Source: a phage. From it: a stretch of DNA of 64,000 nt. Positions 8,306 through 17,850 of the stretch are shown one piece after another. The notes under the pieces were generated by a model, which did not search any database, was not told the DNA's origin, and was given only the letters and a program-made list of their open reading frames with translations. The translations under genes and the position numbers were made by a program. The number at the start of each line of letters is the position of its first letter. The stretch's first letter is position 1. Location of the stretch: the sequence record PQ826431.1; one strand, 5' to 3'.

Positions 8306-9390
8306 TAGAAGTCAAGCTCCTCATCATCAGAGAGATCTTTGTTAGCTGAATTCAATTTGTAGTTAGTTAACTGAATCTCTTGGGCTGCTGACTGAATCAA
8401 ATCAGGATTCAACCATTTTTCCATCCAAGCTAAAGGACTATGTTTAGGTGCTTTAAACTTAGCTTTCATTTTCAATCGACGATAAATAGGAGCAGCATTG
8501 AAATAAACCCACTGTTTAGACAATTCGGCGTTAAGACCTACAATAAAACGACCTTCACTAAACAGGTAGTCACACCACTGTTCCTCTTGTTCAACAACAG
8601 TGTCGAGGATCAAAGTCAACTCTTCAATATTGTCTTCGTAAATTTTACGCCAAATTGGGTCATGCATCAATGCATCAATTACAGCATAATCCATCTTAAC
8701 ATGCAAGATTTCATCTAGCATAATTTTCTGGATCAGTTTACAAGCCCCAACAAACAGTTGTTGTTCTGCCATAGCAAAAGTAGCAGAGAAGGAAGATATA
8801 AACTGAATACCTTCTAATCCAATCAGGGCTACCATCCCTTTAAGAATCAGCAGTCGAAGTTCATCGTTAGCTTCAATCAATCCTAGAGCATACTTATGAC
8901 CAGCTTCTTCCAACTGACCCATGATATCAGCAATGATACCCATACGATTGAAAATTTTATCATTAATCATAATCTGATTGATGACTTCAATTGGATCTGG
9001 AGTACATTGACGGATTATTTCAGAATACGTTAACGCATGGAGAACTTCCATTTCACTCTGCTTCATCATCATAGCACAGGCTTCATTGTTACTCAAGAAT
9101 GGAGAGAACAAAGTGATGATTGATTTTGCAAGAGAATCATTTTCCCATTGGAACGATAAGTTTTTAATCATAACATCATAGTTGTTTTTAGAACAAGCTA
9201 CGAAATCTTTACGTGTCTGATCCAGATTAACTTCGTTTTCATCCCAATCTTGTGCTTTTTGAAGTTTGTAGAGTTTGTGCATTTCTGGATAAGTTACGTT
9301 AACAGAATCAAAGATCCCTAATTGCTCCCCCAAAAATACTGGATATTTTCCTGTTTTGTAAACTTCATTGTGTAAATTAATTGCTGCCAT
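8305..9390 (-). CDS. nrdB: ribonucleotide reductase class Ia small subunit (NrdB)
   Basis: Ferritin-like di-iron blocks ('SEMEVLHALTYSEIIRQ', 'LIGLEGIQFISSFSATFA', 'DEILHVKMD'); acidic C-terminal tail typical of R2; preceded by hairpin plus GAGGAG RBS. Confidence 0.9.
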   Translation of the reverse strand: MAAINLHNEVYKTGKYPVFLGEQLGIFDSVNVTYPEMHKLYKLQKAQDWDENEVNLDQTRKDFVACSKNNYDVMIKNLSFQWENDSLAKSIITLFSPFLSNNEACAMMMKQSEMEVLHALTYSEIIRQCTPDPIEVINQIMINDKIFNRMGIIADIMGQLEEAGHKYALGLIEANDELRLLILKGMVALIGLEGIQFISSFSATFAMAEQQLFVGACKLIQKIMLDEILHVKMDYAVIDALMHDPIWRKIYEDNIEELTLILDTVVEQEEQWCDYLFSEGRFIVGLNAELSKQWVYFNAAPIYRRLKMKAKFKAPKHSPLAWMEKWLNPDLIQSAAQEIQLTNYKLNSANKDLSDDEELDF

Positions 9391-9433
9391 TTAAAATTCT
9401 CCTCAATAAAAAGGGGCCGAAGCCCCTTTATAT

Positions 9434-10087
9434 TTAGCCTCGAAATACTGTTTTTGTTTCCGCCAGGTGCCAATAGAAATCCGCCTTGTTTACAAGAGTG
9501 TTGTACACCTCTGGATAAAAATGTTCTTCCTCTTTGTAACGATCCGCTGTTTCCCTGATTGACTTAGCTTTATCTTTTAGCCAAGCGAAGTGTGCCTCTT
9601 CCTCTGTAGCGAAGTAACCTAAATGCTTTCCTTTGTGTCCAGATGATTTAGAAGAAATCTTACCATCGGATTTTCTTACAGTTACCCCTAAAAGGGATTT
9701 TCTTTCCGTCCTTTTTGAGTAACTTAACAGAGTATTCACATATGCTGGAACAAACCTACAATACGCTGGACAATAGACCGTATTACCTTCAAGTACAAGG
9801 TCTTTGTCCAGAACAAAGTTTGCTACAAAGTTTTCTTGATACCACATGTCGAAGTTTGAAAACATAAACCACTCGTCACAAACCGTCACACCTGTATACC
9901 CAGGTCTTGCTTGTTCCATTTTATAGGCTCTTTCGAACATGTTTTTCCAAGCTTTGTAAGACGGGTCTGGCTTCCCGTCTACAAATAATCGTCTTTCTAC
10001 ATCAACTACTAAGGGGATTTCTCCCCTTTCGGTAGTAACGGTCACTGCACGTTTACCTTTGAGCATTTGACCTCCTACATGCTGCAA
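9434..10087 (-). CDS. free-standing HNH-family homing endonuclease-like protein with AP2-like C-terminal DNA-binding region
   Basis: Located between nrdB and nrdA; shares 'CDEW..F.NF' block and C-terminal 'KGKHLGYFATEEEAHFAWLK' (AP2-like) with the paralog at 20446..21075. Confidence 0.55.
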   Translation of the reverse strand: MQHVGGQMLKGKRAVTVTTERGEIPLVVDVERRLFVDGKPDPSYKAWKNMFERAYKMEQARPGYTGVTVCDEWFMFSNFDMWYQENFVANFVLDKDLVLEGNTVYCPAYCRFVPAYVNTLLSYSKRTERKSLLGVTVRKSDGKISSKSSGHKGKHLGYFATEEEAHFAWLKDKAKSIRETADRYKEEEHFYPEVYNTLVNKADFYWHLAETKTVFRG

Positions 10088-12321
10088 CCCTCACATCCAG
10101 ACTCTTTCAGGTTATCTTCTTGTGCTAAAGAATCTGCTGATTTTGTTCTACTATTAAGGTAATACAATGACTTACCACCCAGTCTAGCAAAGTTCAAAAT
10201 AAATTTCATCTCTTCTTTAACTGATAAACGTCCCCCTACCAATTTAGAATAATCTAACCAAGAATCACAAGAAATTCCTTGGTCCGTAAACTTGGTAAAG
10301 ATACCATACATTTCTGCAAGATCTTTAGCCGGAGTATCCCAGGCAGATTGGTAGAACATTTTCAGTTTTTCATAGTCTGGAACAATAAATAATACACTGC
10401 CTTTCTGACTTTGTTTATACATAATGGTATCACGAACAGGATACAGAGAGTTAGTAGTATTGCTTACCAAACTGCTGGACTCATTAGGTGCAATAGCAGC
10501 CAAGACACTGTTACGGATACCACCTTGTTCAATGATTTCAGCACGTAAGCCTTCCCAGTCCATTTTAAGATCAAAATTACCGATACTATCTACTGTTTTA
10601 GCATAAGTGTCAATTGGTAGCCAACCTTGAGGCCATTTGGTCTTATCGATCCACTCCGCATTACCTTTTTCCTTAGCCAGACGCAGAGAGGCTTTTGCCA
10701 ACCAAAAGTAATGACGTTCTGCAAGTTCATGCATTAATTTTTTAGCATAAGCATCTGAATAATTTACAAAATTACTTGCCAAGTAATGCGCTAAGTTTGT
10801 AATGCCTACACCAATAGATCTACGTGCTTTAGCAGTTATTTCGTTATGTTTAAATGGATAATCCATTGTTTCAATAACGTTGTCAATTGTCAATACAGTG
10901 TAGTATGCAACATCTTCATATTCTTCAGGTAATACACGACCAGCAACAATAGAAGATAAGAAACATAAAGCCAATTCTTGATCTTCTGTATTCTCACCAG
11001 TAAAGAGATCCGGCATACTGTGGAAAGCTTTAGTTGGTAAGAAGATCTCTTGACACAGGTTTGATTGATACACCGTATCCAGGAAAGGTGTATGGTTGTT
11101 AACGTTGTCAGCAAAGAACATGTAAATACGTCCTGTTTCTGCACGTTGAACAATAATCTCTGTCAGAAGATCACGAGCCTTAACAAATTTTTTCTTAATG
11201 CGACGACGGCTTACTTTGTCATAAACTGCATCAAACTCTTCTTCACTTTTATACAAAGCTTCATAAAGTTCAGGAGCATCATCACAACTAACTAACATCC
11301 AATCTTCGTTTTTTGCTGCTCGACGCAAGAACGAACGGTTAACAACAATAGAATAATCCAGTTTGTCTACTCGTTTATCTATAGGTGTTGTTGGATTCTT
11401 CAGTCGAATCAGATCGTCGAAGTCTGGTTCAAGTATGGTAAAGGTAACTGTAGCACTACCTCCACGGCTTGCTTGCTTCGAAGCTCCAACACTATCTTCC
11501 ATCCATTTCAGATACGGAAGAAGACCACCATGAATAATACGATTATTCTTAACACCTTGACCTGTGGCACGAGTTTGAAGATTAACACCAATACCTGCGT
11601 TATTCAACGTATACTCATGAGCTAAGTAATTAGCAATGGCTAAAGATTCTGCCGTATCGTCTGCACGGAATAAACAACAAGACGCACTTCCTTTGATTGG
11701 AGTTCGTAGAGTTGTCAGATACGGCGATGGCAGATTAATCTTAAGATCGCTAACATAAGTATAAAGTTTTTTAATATCTTCTATACGGCGTTCTTTTGGT
11801 TGGATCTCCATAACCTTCATTGCGATACCAATGAAAAGAAACTGTGGAGACTCATGCACCACATCGTTTACTGCATCTCGAATAAGATATTTATCTACCA
11901 TCTGACGTAAAACAGAATAACCATAAGTTAGATTTTTATTATGCTTTACAATCTTACCGATTTCTTTGATCTCTTCATCAGTATAATCCATTTTAGCCCA
12001 ATGTCCACGTTCTACCATATCATGATAAAAGGTATTCAGTGAAGGGATACTGTGGTATCCCCCATGAGCCTGTTTGTAAATCATACCCAGAAGAAGTCTT
12101 CCTGCCATATCACTGTAAGCTTGTGTTTTCTTGTCAATACACGCTGCAATCATTGCTTTATGCAGATCACGTGTAGACACACCGTCATAACACCGCTTCA
12201 CAGCTTCTAATTCAATTTCAGACCAGTTTAGTTTACCTGCTGCAAATTCAGACCACTTGCGAAGTTTTTCTGGATTAAACTCCTCTGTCTTACCGTTAGA
12301 TTTAGTTACAAAACGAATCAA
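10075..12321 (-). CDS. nrdA: ribonucleotide reductase class Ia large subunit (NrdA) with N-terminal ATP cone
   Basis: 748 aa; blocks 'SASCCLF', 'ETGRIYMFFADNVNNHTPF', 'SNLCQEI', 'LALCFLSS', 'GIRNSVLAAIAPNESSS', 'KSLYYLNSRT' and C-terminal 'ESGCEGCSM' parallel E. coli NrdA. Confidence 0.95.
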   Translation of the reverse strand: MIRFVTKSNGKTEEFNPEKLRKWSEFAAGKLNWSEIELEAVKRCYDGVSTRDLHKAMIAACIDKKTQAYSDMAGRLLLGMIYKQAHGGYHSIPSLNTFYHDMVERGHWAKMDYTDEEIKEIGKIVKHNKNLTYGYSVLRQMVDKYLIRDAVNDVVHESPQFLFIGIAMKVMEIQPKERRIEDIKKLYTYVSDLKINLPSPYLTTLRTPIKGSASCCLFRADDTAESLAIANYLAHEYTLNNAGIGVNLQTRATGQGVKNNRIIHGGLLPYLKWMEDSVGASKQASRGGSATVTFTILEPDFDDLIRLKNPTTPIDKRVDKLDYSIVVNRSFLRRAAKNEDWMLVSCDDAPELYEALYKSEEEFDAVYDKVSRRRIKKKFVKARDLLTEIIVQRAETGRIYMFFADNVNNHTPFLDTVYQSNLCQEIFLPTKAFHSMPDLFTGENTEDQELALCFLSSIVAGRVLPEEYEDVAYYTVLTIDNVIETMDYPFKHNEITAKARRSIGVGITNLAHYLASNFVNYSDAYAKKLMHELAERHYFWLAKASLRLAKEKGNAEWIDKTKWPQGWLPIDTYAKTVDSIGNFDLKMDWEGLRAEIIEQGGIRNSVLAAIAPNESSSLVSNTTNSLYPVRDTIMYKQSQKGSVLFIVPDYEKLKMFYQSAWDTPAKDLAEMYGIFTKFTDQGISCDSWLDYSKLVGGRLSVKEEMKFILNFARLGGKSLYYLNSRTKSADSLAQEDNLKESGCEGCSM

Positions 12322-12337
12322 CTTCTCCTCCCTATTA

Positions 12338-12592
12338 TTAATGCATATTCAAAACATCTACATCATAACCGAACTTCATTTCATTAAAAAGTCCATTAGC
12401 ATATAGAAAACCTTCAAAATGAGTTATGTCATCAAACCCTTTTGCTTTTGCTCGACGGTCTGCTTCTTGTCTTTTAGGAGATAAACGTTTTGAAGTGTCT
12501 AGAATTACAGTTACATTACAACCAACAGTTTCATCAAAATAGACTTCGATTTCACAGCCTTCATATTTATTATCAGTCATTGTCCCTCTCAT
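12338..12592 (-). CDS. hypothetical protein (84 aa)
   Basis: ORF directly downstream of nrdA. Confidence 0.45.
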   Translation of the reverse strand: MRGTMTDNKYEGCEIEVYFDETVGCNVTVILDTSKRLSPKRQEADRRAKAKGFDDITHFEGFLYANGLFNEMKFGYDVDVLNMH

Positions 12593-13032
12593 TGATTAGT
12601 ATCATCTGCTTTCGCAGGATCATAAGAGTTACCGAAATCATCCATCTTAATATGTGACGCACCCCAACCTGTAAATTCTTCATCACCAAAATGAAAAATA
12701 TCATTTTCTTGATAGATTCGTTTAAAACCACAATTAGGTGAAACAGGGAAAGTGAAAAGCGTTGTATTTGCAAACACTACTCGCTTATCGTTATTGCTTC
12801 GGATATTCACATTACGCTCAACAGAATAGTGTGAATCTTCAGCCATACCCAGCATTACAAGCGACGCTCTAATAACAGCATTTTGTTTCTCGTGTGGGAT
12901 ATTACCATTGTGTTTATTTGATTCTAGTTTCCAGATAGGGGTAGACATTACAGTAGACATGCTTACGGTAGCCCAAGTTGTAGTATTTACTAATGACATA
13001 TTTTCTCCTTCATTTTGAATGGGAGGACTCAC
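12589..13032 (-). CDS. hypothetical protein (147 aa)
   Basis: ORF with 4-nt overlap to neighbour. Confidence 0.45.
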   Translation of the reverse strand: MSPPIQNEGENMSLVNTTTWATVSMSTVMSTPIWKLESNKHNGNIPHEKQNAVIRASLVMLGMAEDSHYSVERNVNIRSNNDKRVVFANTTLFTFPVSPNCGFKRIYQENDIFHFGDEEFTGWGASHIKMDDFGNSYDPAKADDTNQ

Positions 13033-13097
13033 CTCCTCCCAGTATTGTGCTATATTATACTAAAACTAATACTAAAGTCAATAACTATTTAAACAGA

Positions 13098-14096
13098 TCA
13101 CCATTTAGTATGATTTGTTAAAAGTTGACGATGTTGAATCCAGCCTTTGAAATTGCCAGACCAAAACTTACCATTACGATCTACATGGGTAATGCCTGGC
13201 TCCCAAGAGTTAAAATCCCAAGGAGCATTGATAAACAAATCTTCAAAACAGTTCTCTCCATATTGTTCGTATGTTTCTTGCATTGGAGTGGCTTGATGTT
13301 CAAACGGAGAAGCATGAACCTTGCGCCCAGTCAGCAAACGACCATAGATATCTAAAGCTTTATCTTTAGTTGCATTCAAACGACGATAGCTAACCTGTGC
13401 ACAACACGAAGCTGAAATAGCTTTGGCTTCTTCCAAAGTAAGCACAACAACTTCTCCAGATTCATCTTGAACGTAGTATCCACCAAAAACAAAATGATCG
13501 TCACCTTCTGTGCCAATAGTATCATAGAAATGGTCTACATAAGGTGTGTGCCATTGCCCTGGTTTCAGCACTTCTGGTGTAGATCCTTCATACTCTTTGT
13601 GCATCTCTTTAGCCAAAGCTTCGATAGTAGGATCGGCTTCTTTGTCATCACGCAGCCACCAGAAATTTTCATATTCTGTTGCTGTCAGAACTGTTTTAAT
13701 TCGTTGGAAAGGTTCCAGAAGACGGTTTGCAACTTGTTTGTGGTACCCTGCCAAAGAGAATTCTTCTGCAAAACGTGCTGCACTAAGCGCGGCAAGATCC
13801 CACCACTCTTGAGCAGTATAACCTGCATCAATAAGAGCGTCATGATCAACACCTTTATCCTGCATACCAGGTTGGTTAGCCCCAAAACGATAAGGACGAG
13901 CAGGTTGATTTCGCACCATTTCAATCAGTGTTTTAACAGGTATAGCACGGCTAGAAGCAGCATTACGACTGAACAGGCGGTGAGTCATCAATTCTGAATG
14001 AATAATACGTGGATATTCTAGTTCAAAAGTTACAATCTCTTTTCCGTCTTCAGTGATGGAATGCGCAATAATACTAGCCGAAATCTGTTTTGTCAT
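13098..14096 (-). CDS. thyX: flavin-dependent thymidylate synthase (ThyX-like)
   Basis: 'LMTHRLFSRNAASSRAIP' resembles the ThyX RHRxxxxxxxSxR signature; sits in the nucleotide-metabolism block; 332 aa is longer than typical ThyX. Confidence 0.6.
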   Translation of the reverse strand: MTKQISASIIAHSITEDGKEIVTFELEYPRIIHSELMTHRLFSRNAASSRAIPVKTLIEMVRNQPARPYRFGANQPGMQDKGVDHDALIDAGYTAQEWWDLAALSAARFAEEFSLAGYHKQVANRLLEPFQRIKTVLTATEYENFWWLRDDKEADPTIEALAKEMHKEYEGSTPEVLKPGQWHTPYVDHFYDTIGTEGDDHFVFGGYYVQDESGEVVVLTLEEAKAISASCCAQVSYRRLNATKDKALDIYGRLLTGRKVHASPFEHQATPMQETYEQYGENCFEDLFINAPWDFNSWEPGITHVDRNGKFWSGNFKGWIQHRQLLTNHTKW

Positions 14097-14112
14097 TTTT
14101 TCTCCTTAGTTT

Positions 14113-14715
14113 TTAAAAATTGTTCAAAGTGTTAAAAACATCCAAACATGTTAGCCACTGATCTTCTAAACCTGTGATCACAACATTTGGTTTTTTCTTT
14201 AGTTCTTCTAGATGGTTATCTTTATAAGGCGTATTAAAATATATTTTAACCACTTCATCTGGAAAATATAGTAGGTTATCAGCCCTGTCATCTATTGCTA
14301 TATCACAAGGCAATAAGTATTTTTCTTTCGTAGCAAAAAAGCCGTTGCCAGATCCTTTGCTAAAATCAATCGTATCTAATGTTCTTAAAACATGCTTATG
14401 TTTAGAACTTAAGTGACCACCTTTTGTCACACTTGCGATCAAAAGATTGCTACCTTTCCTTGAAACATACTTTAAGAAATCTGGCATACCTGGAACAAAA
14501 CCCATTGTATCATAGAGATGAGGATTATCCAGAAATCCGTAAGGATCTATATTGAACTCCTCCCTGAAACCAGGAAAGTAGTTGGTAAGATCATAGTCTG
14601 CATTTTTTGTGAATGTGTCTATCTTAACACCAAGTCCACTAATCTTATTCAACCATTCTAACCAAGCAACATCTAATGGAGCCACAACTAAATCCCAATC
14701 ACATACTATCTGCAT
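14113..14715 (-). CDS. putative 5'(3')-deoxyribonucleotidase (HAD-like)
   Basis: N-terminal 'VCDWDLV' (DxD nucleophile motif) and 'IAIDDRADN' (IDDR block) as in 5'(3')-deoxyribonucleotidases; motif-level only. Confidence 0.45.
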   Translation of the reverse strand: MQIVCDWDLVVAPLDVAWLEWLNKISGLGVKIDTFTKNADYDLTNYFPGFREEFNIDPYGFLDNPHLYDTMGFVPGMPDFLKYVSRKGSNLLIASVTKGGHLSSKHKHVLRTLDTIDFSKGSGNGFFATKEKYLLPCDIAIDDRADNLLYFPDEVVKIYFNTPYKDNHLEELKKKPNVVITGLEDQWLTCLDVFNTLNNF

Positions 14716-14753
14716 AAAACCTCCTCTCTCTCTTTTAGTATAGTTATCTTATA

Positions 14754-15329
14754 CTAACTTTCAATTTCCTGCAATAGGATTTTGACTATTTGTTTGCGGC
14801 GTTTTGCTACTGTGCTTTCAGGTTCTATTTTACGCTTCTTCAGCCATGCCTTATCTTTCTTAGCTCTACACAAAGCTATCGCTTCTTTTTCAGCTTTTGC
14901 TTCTTCAAAAGATATGCCTTGCTTGTCTGCATAAGCAAGAATAGAGTTGCACAATTTACAAACCATTCGCAAATCTTCTTCTTTCACATAGATCAAACGG
15001 AAAACAAAAAGAGGAATATCATCAAAACATTGAAGTTGTTTTGCTGCGTGAATATGATCCACTTGGAAGTCTTTCATTCCTCCCCTATGTCCACATATTT
15101 CGCACTCACAATTCCAAACTTGTTTTGGTTTTCCAGTTTTCTTGTCTATCATTACATTGCCGTCTTTATCTACTCGATCAACTTTAAAACGCCTTGCATT
15201 GATAACCTTAATTTTATTAGGGTGTCTCATCCATGCTTTTCTAAAACATCCCCTAAGATAAGTATAAAATTCAGCTTGTGTTTTCCAGGGTGTTCCTTCA
15301 CCCCACATTATTTTTGGTTCACCTGCCAA
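14754..15329 (-). CDS. putative recombination endonuclease VII-like (His-Me finger, zinc-binding)
   Basis: 'CECEICGHRGG...FQVDHIHAAKQ...VCKLCNS' mirrors T4 endo VII 'CLICQREL...HLDHDH...LLCNLCN' architecture. Confidence 0.4.
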   Translation of the reverse strand: MAGEPKIMWGEGTPWKTQAEFYTYLRGCFRKAWMRHPNKIKVINARRFKVDRVDKDGNVMIDKKTGKPKQVWNCECEICGHRGGMKDFQVDHIHAAKQLQCFDDIPLFVFRLIYVKEEDLRMVCKLCNSILAYADKQGISFEEAKAEKEAIALCRAKKDKAWLKKRKIEPESTVAKRRKQIVKILLQEIES

Positions 15330-15552
15330 TATTGCTCACCTTTTTAGCTGTATATTCCCCTGGTGGGATATTGTGTTTAAAAAACAAAAGGCGGTCTAAC
15401 CCCGCCTTGCACATTGTTTCTGGAATAGTCAAAGTTAGTAAAAGTTTATCACCTTTTCGGTTGAATATTTTATAAACTTCTCCTGCTCCATATTGTTTAG
15501 TATTGCTCGCCACTAATACGTTCCTTAAGTTGTTTAATAGCTTCAACTGCAT
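15319..15552 (-). CDS. hypothetical protein (77 aa)
   Basis: Small ORF partly overlapping the 15497..15898 gene; coding status uncertain. Confidence 0.25.
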   Translation of the reverse strand: MQLKLLNNLRNVLVASNTKQYGAGEVYKIFNRKGDKLLLTLTIPETMCKAGLDRLLFFKHNIPPGEYTAKKVSNIGR

Positions 15553-15898
15553 CTACATAAGAAGAGTTATACATGTGTTTCAGTGCCACTCGGATTAAAG
15601 GATCTTTTGTGAAGAAATCAATAAGAAGCATAGCTTGATCATGTTTAGCTGCATTTGTCATAGATGGATAATTTTCACGAACCATATACGTGTTATTTTC
15701 CATAAGGGTTCTTTCTAGTTCAATACAATGAATAGCTTTATCTAGGTTAATCTGACGTTCACCTTTGATACGTGTTGCGTATTTTGCCAATTTGCAAAAA
15801 CAAGGTGTGCCACCAACCAAATAAGCTAGTTCAATAGGTTGCATTGCCATTTTTGTGTAGTGATCACCGTCAACCTGATTATCAAAAGCATTAGACAT
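15497..15898 (-). CDS. DUF3310-like phage protein
   Basis: 'GDHYTKMAMQPIELAYLVGG...CKLAKYATRIKGERQINLDKAIHCIELER' matches the pattern I recall for the DUF3310 family (HY...IE.I...F.KGN.IKY..R); function unknown. Confidence 0.45.
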   Translation of the reverse strand: MSNAFDNQVDGDHYTKMAMQPIELAYLVGGTPCFCKLAKYATRIKGERQINLDKAIHCIELERTLMENNTYMVRENYPSMTNAAKHDQAMLLIDFFTKDPLIRVALKHMYNSSYVDAVEAIKQLKERISGEQY

Positions 15899-16154
15899 AA
15901 TTTTCCTCCTGAATTCCTACTGCGCCGTCTTCTGGGTAGTCTGTATAATAAGCTACCCTACCTTGATAGATAACATCACCATCGCTATTGTAGATTGCTG
16001 TATCTTCTTGAATTGTTATTTCAACGTCAAGTAAATCTGGGTCTTTCTCGATGGTATAGTTCAAACCTAACATTTCAAACAGTTCGAAAATTTCGTTACC
16101 TGTTAATGTAATGCTCATATTTCCTCCTTTTATTGTGGTTAGCAGAGTATACAC
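15891..16154 (-). CDS. hypothetical protein (87 aa)
   Basis: ORF with 8-nt overlap to downstream gene. Confidence 0.4.
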   Translation of the reverse strand: MYTLLTTIKGGNMSITLTGNEIFELFEMLGLNYTIEKDPDLLDVEITIQEDTAIYNSDGDVIYQGRVAYYTDYPEDGAVGIQEENYV

Positions 16155-16204
16155 TAATATAAAATTTTTGTCAATAAAAAAGGGAGCAATAAGCTCCCTG
16201 ATTA

Positions 16205-17164
16205 TTAGATTCCAATAATAGTTGCTGCTCGTTTATCCTTGGATCTGGTGTTTGCTCTACTACGTGACAAACCTCCACAAGATTCACAACGAATGATATC
16301 GAAAGAACTTACCGCAGTGTGGTATTGTTTACCAGTAACAACGTGAACGTGATCACTGCCACAACGAGAACAACGGACCTTCTCATCTGGGTAATAAGCG
16401 GATAAGTTAGGATGCTGTGGAATCCACGGAAGGATTTTCATATACAAATCACGGAGTGAAACAACATCACCATCATTGTAAATCTGCATACGTTCAAAAG
16501 CATCACGATCACCTTCACAACATGCTTTCCATAAAGGGAACCCCTCGTTATCCAGTTTTTCACTTTCTGTTTCGAAATATGCTCCCATTTCTTTAAGGGA
16601 GTTGGAAGGAAGTGCAAATTGTTTCTTAGCTGCCTTCAATGTATCAACGACTACATAATTAGAAGGAGGAGCCATATCGTGATATGCAAATCGTTGGTTA
16701 ATGTATGCACGGTCAAACTTATACCCGTTGTGTGCCACAACTACATCTGCCTCGTTCAGAAGGTTCCAAAGATCTTGGCAAAGCTCCCAATCATCTGTAT
16801 GATCAATATCAAAAAGAGGATAAGAAGACAAGTTCTTACCTTCCACTTCACCTGTATACAAATCAGCAGAAGAGTAAGATAACAAATAACCCCTACGAAT
16901 TACTTGATCTGGAGAAATGAAGGCTTTGAATCGACGGAAAGTATATGCAATCTCTGGTGCAGTTTCAACATCAATAATTTTAATAACTGGTTGTTTCTTT
17001 TTAACTGGCTCTTGTCTACTTGCTCCGAATCGTGCAAGGAAATCGTTCACTGTGCTTTTTCTTGTTGGACTACCTAAAACAATTGCTGCAATATTGCGAG
17101 AAGACATACCCTCTGCACTCATACTAAGGATATCTGCTTTCTGCTCTTCTGTTAATCTGCTCAC
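16205..17164 (-). CDS. DnaQ-like 3'-5' exonuclease (DEDD family) with N-terminal HTH-like region and C-terminal zinc ribbon
   Basis: Exo I 'IKIIDVETAPE', Exo II 'VVAHNGYKFDRAYI', Exo III 'YNDGDVVSLRDLY'; C-terminal CxxC...CxxC. Confidence 0.6.
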   Translation of the reverse strand: MSRLTEEQKADILSMSAEGMSSRNIAAIVLGSPTRKSTVNDFLARFGASRQEPVKKKQPVIKIIDVETAPEIAYTFRRFKAFISPDQVIRRGYLLSYSSADLYTGEVEGKNLSSYPLFDIDHTDDWELCQDLWNLLNEADVVVAHNGYKFDRAYINQRFAYHDMAPPSNYVVVDTLKAAKKQFALPSNSLKEMGAYFETESEKLDNEGFPLWKACCEGDRDAFERMQIYNDGDVVSLRDLYMKILPWIPQHPNLSAYYPDEKVRCSRCGSDHVHVVTGKQYHTAVSSFDIIRCESCGGLSRSRANTRSKDKRAATIIGI

Positions 17165-17850
17165 TCTGCCTCCTGTTGCGAGATGTATGACTGAAGCATA
17201 CTCTCAAATGTTGTATCGTCATTATCCCAGCGTTTCATGTATACCAACTGGAAAATTGTTTCTATCCATTCATCTGTTGTCATATGGACTTCTTCTCCAT
17301 CCCAAGAAGTAAAATTAACACCATCTGGGAACCATGAGTAGTAAGTATCTTTAACTGTTTGGAAAAGTTCTGCTTGAGTTTTACAAGCTGAAAGAAGATT
17401 AAAACAAGTAATATCTCCGAACTTAATATCAAAATCTTGATAAGGTCGGATACTATCTGTTTTATCTCCCATTAGCATCTGGTATGCTAACCAGTAACTG
17501 CCCCAACCTTTAACTTCTTTCTTTTTACCTTTATCTACGATCCATATATCGCCAATAGACTCGTCAATAAGAATTATATCTGGATTTTTAAATACTCCAT
17601 CCTCTTTGTAGAAATTAAAAAGGATACTAGGAGTATGTAAACTATCTTTATCTATAGATACTACGATATAAGAAAATTTACCCGTCCTTTTATAATCTTT
17701 ATAACCTTGGAAACCATACTTCTCTAACTCATCATCAGCTTCTATTACAGTAACAACATCACCATTGTGGAACTCCACAAGATAATCTTTGGTTTCTGAA
17801 AGCTGAAGTGGTTTGATATCTAATCGTTCAGATTTATATTCTACAGGCAT
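17161..17850 (-). CDS. hypothetical protein; the same frame is open for a further 147 sense codons upstream (17851..18291) with no ATG/GTG/TTG
   Basis: Track ORF from ATG at 17850; manual translation shows coding-like open frame up to the TAA at 18292-18294. Confidence 0.5.
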   Translation of the reverse strand: MPVEYKSERLDIKPLQLSETKDYLVEFHNGDVVTVIEADDELEKYGFQGYKDYKRTGKFSYIVVSIDKDSLHTPSILFNFYKEDGVFKNPDIILIDESIGDIWIVDKGKKKEVKGWGSYWLAYQMLMGDKTDSIRPYQDFDIKFGDITCFNLLSACKTQAELFQTVKDTYYSWFPDGVNFTSWDGEEVHMTTDEWIETIFQLVYMKRWDNDDTTFESMLQSYISQQEAE

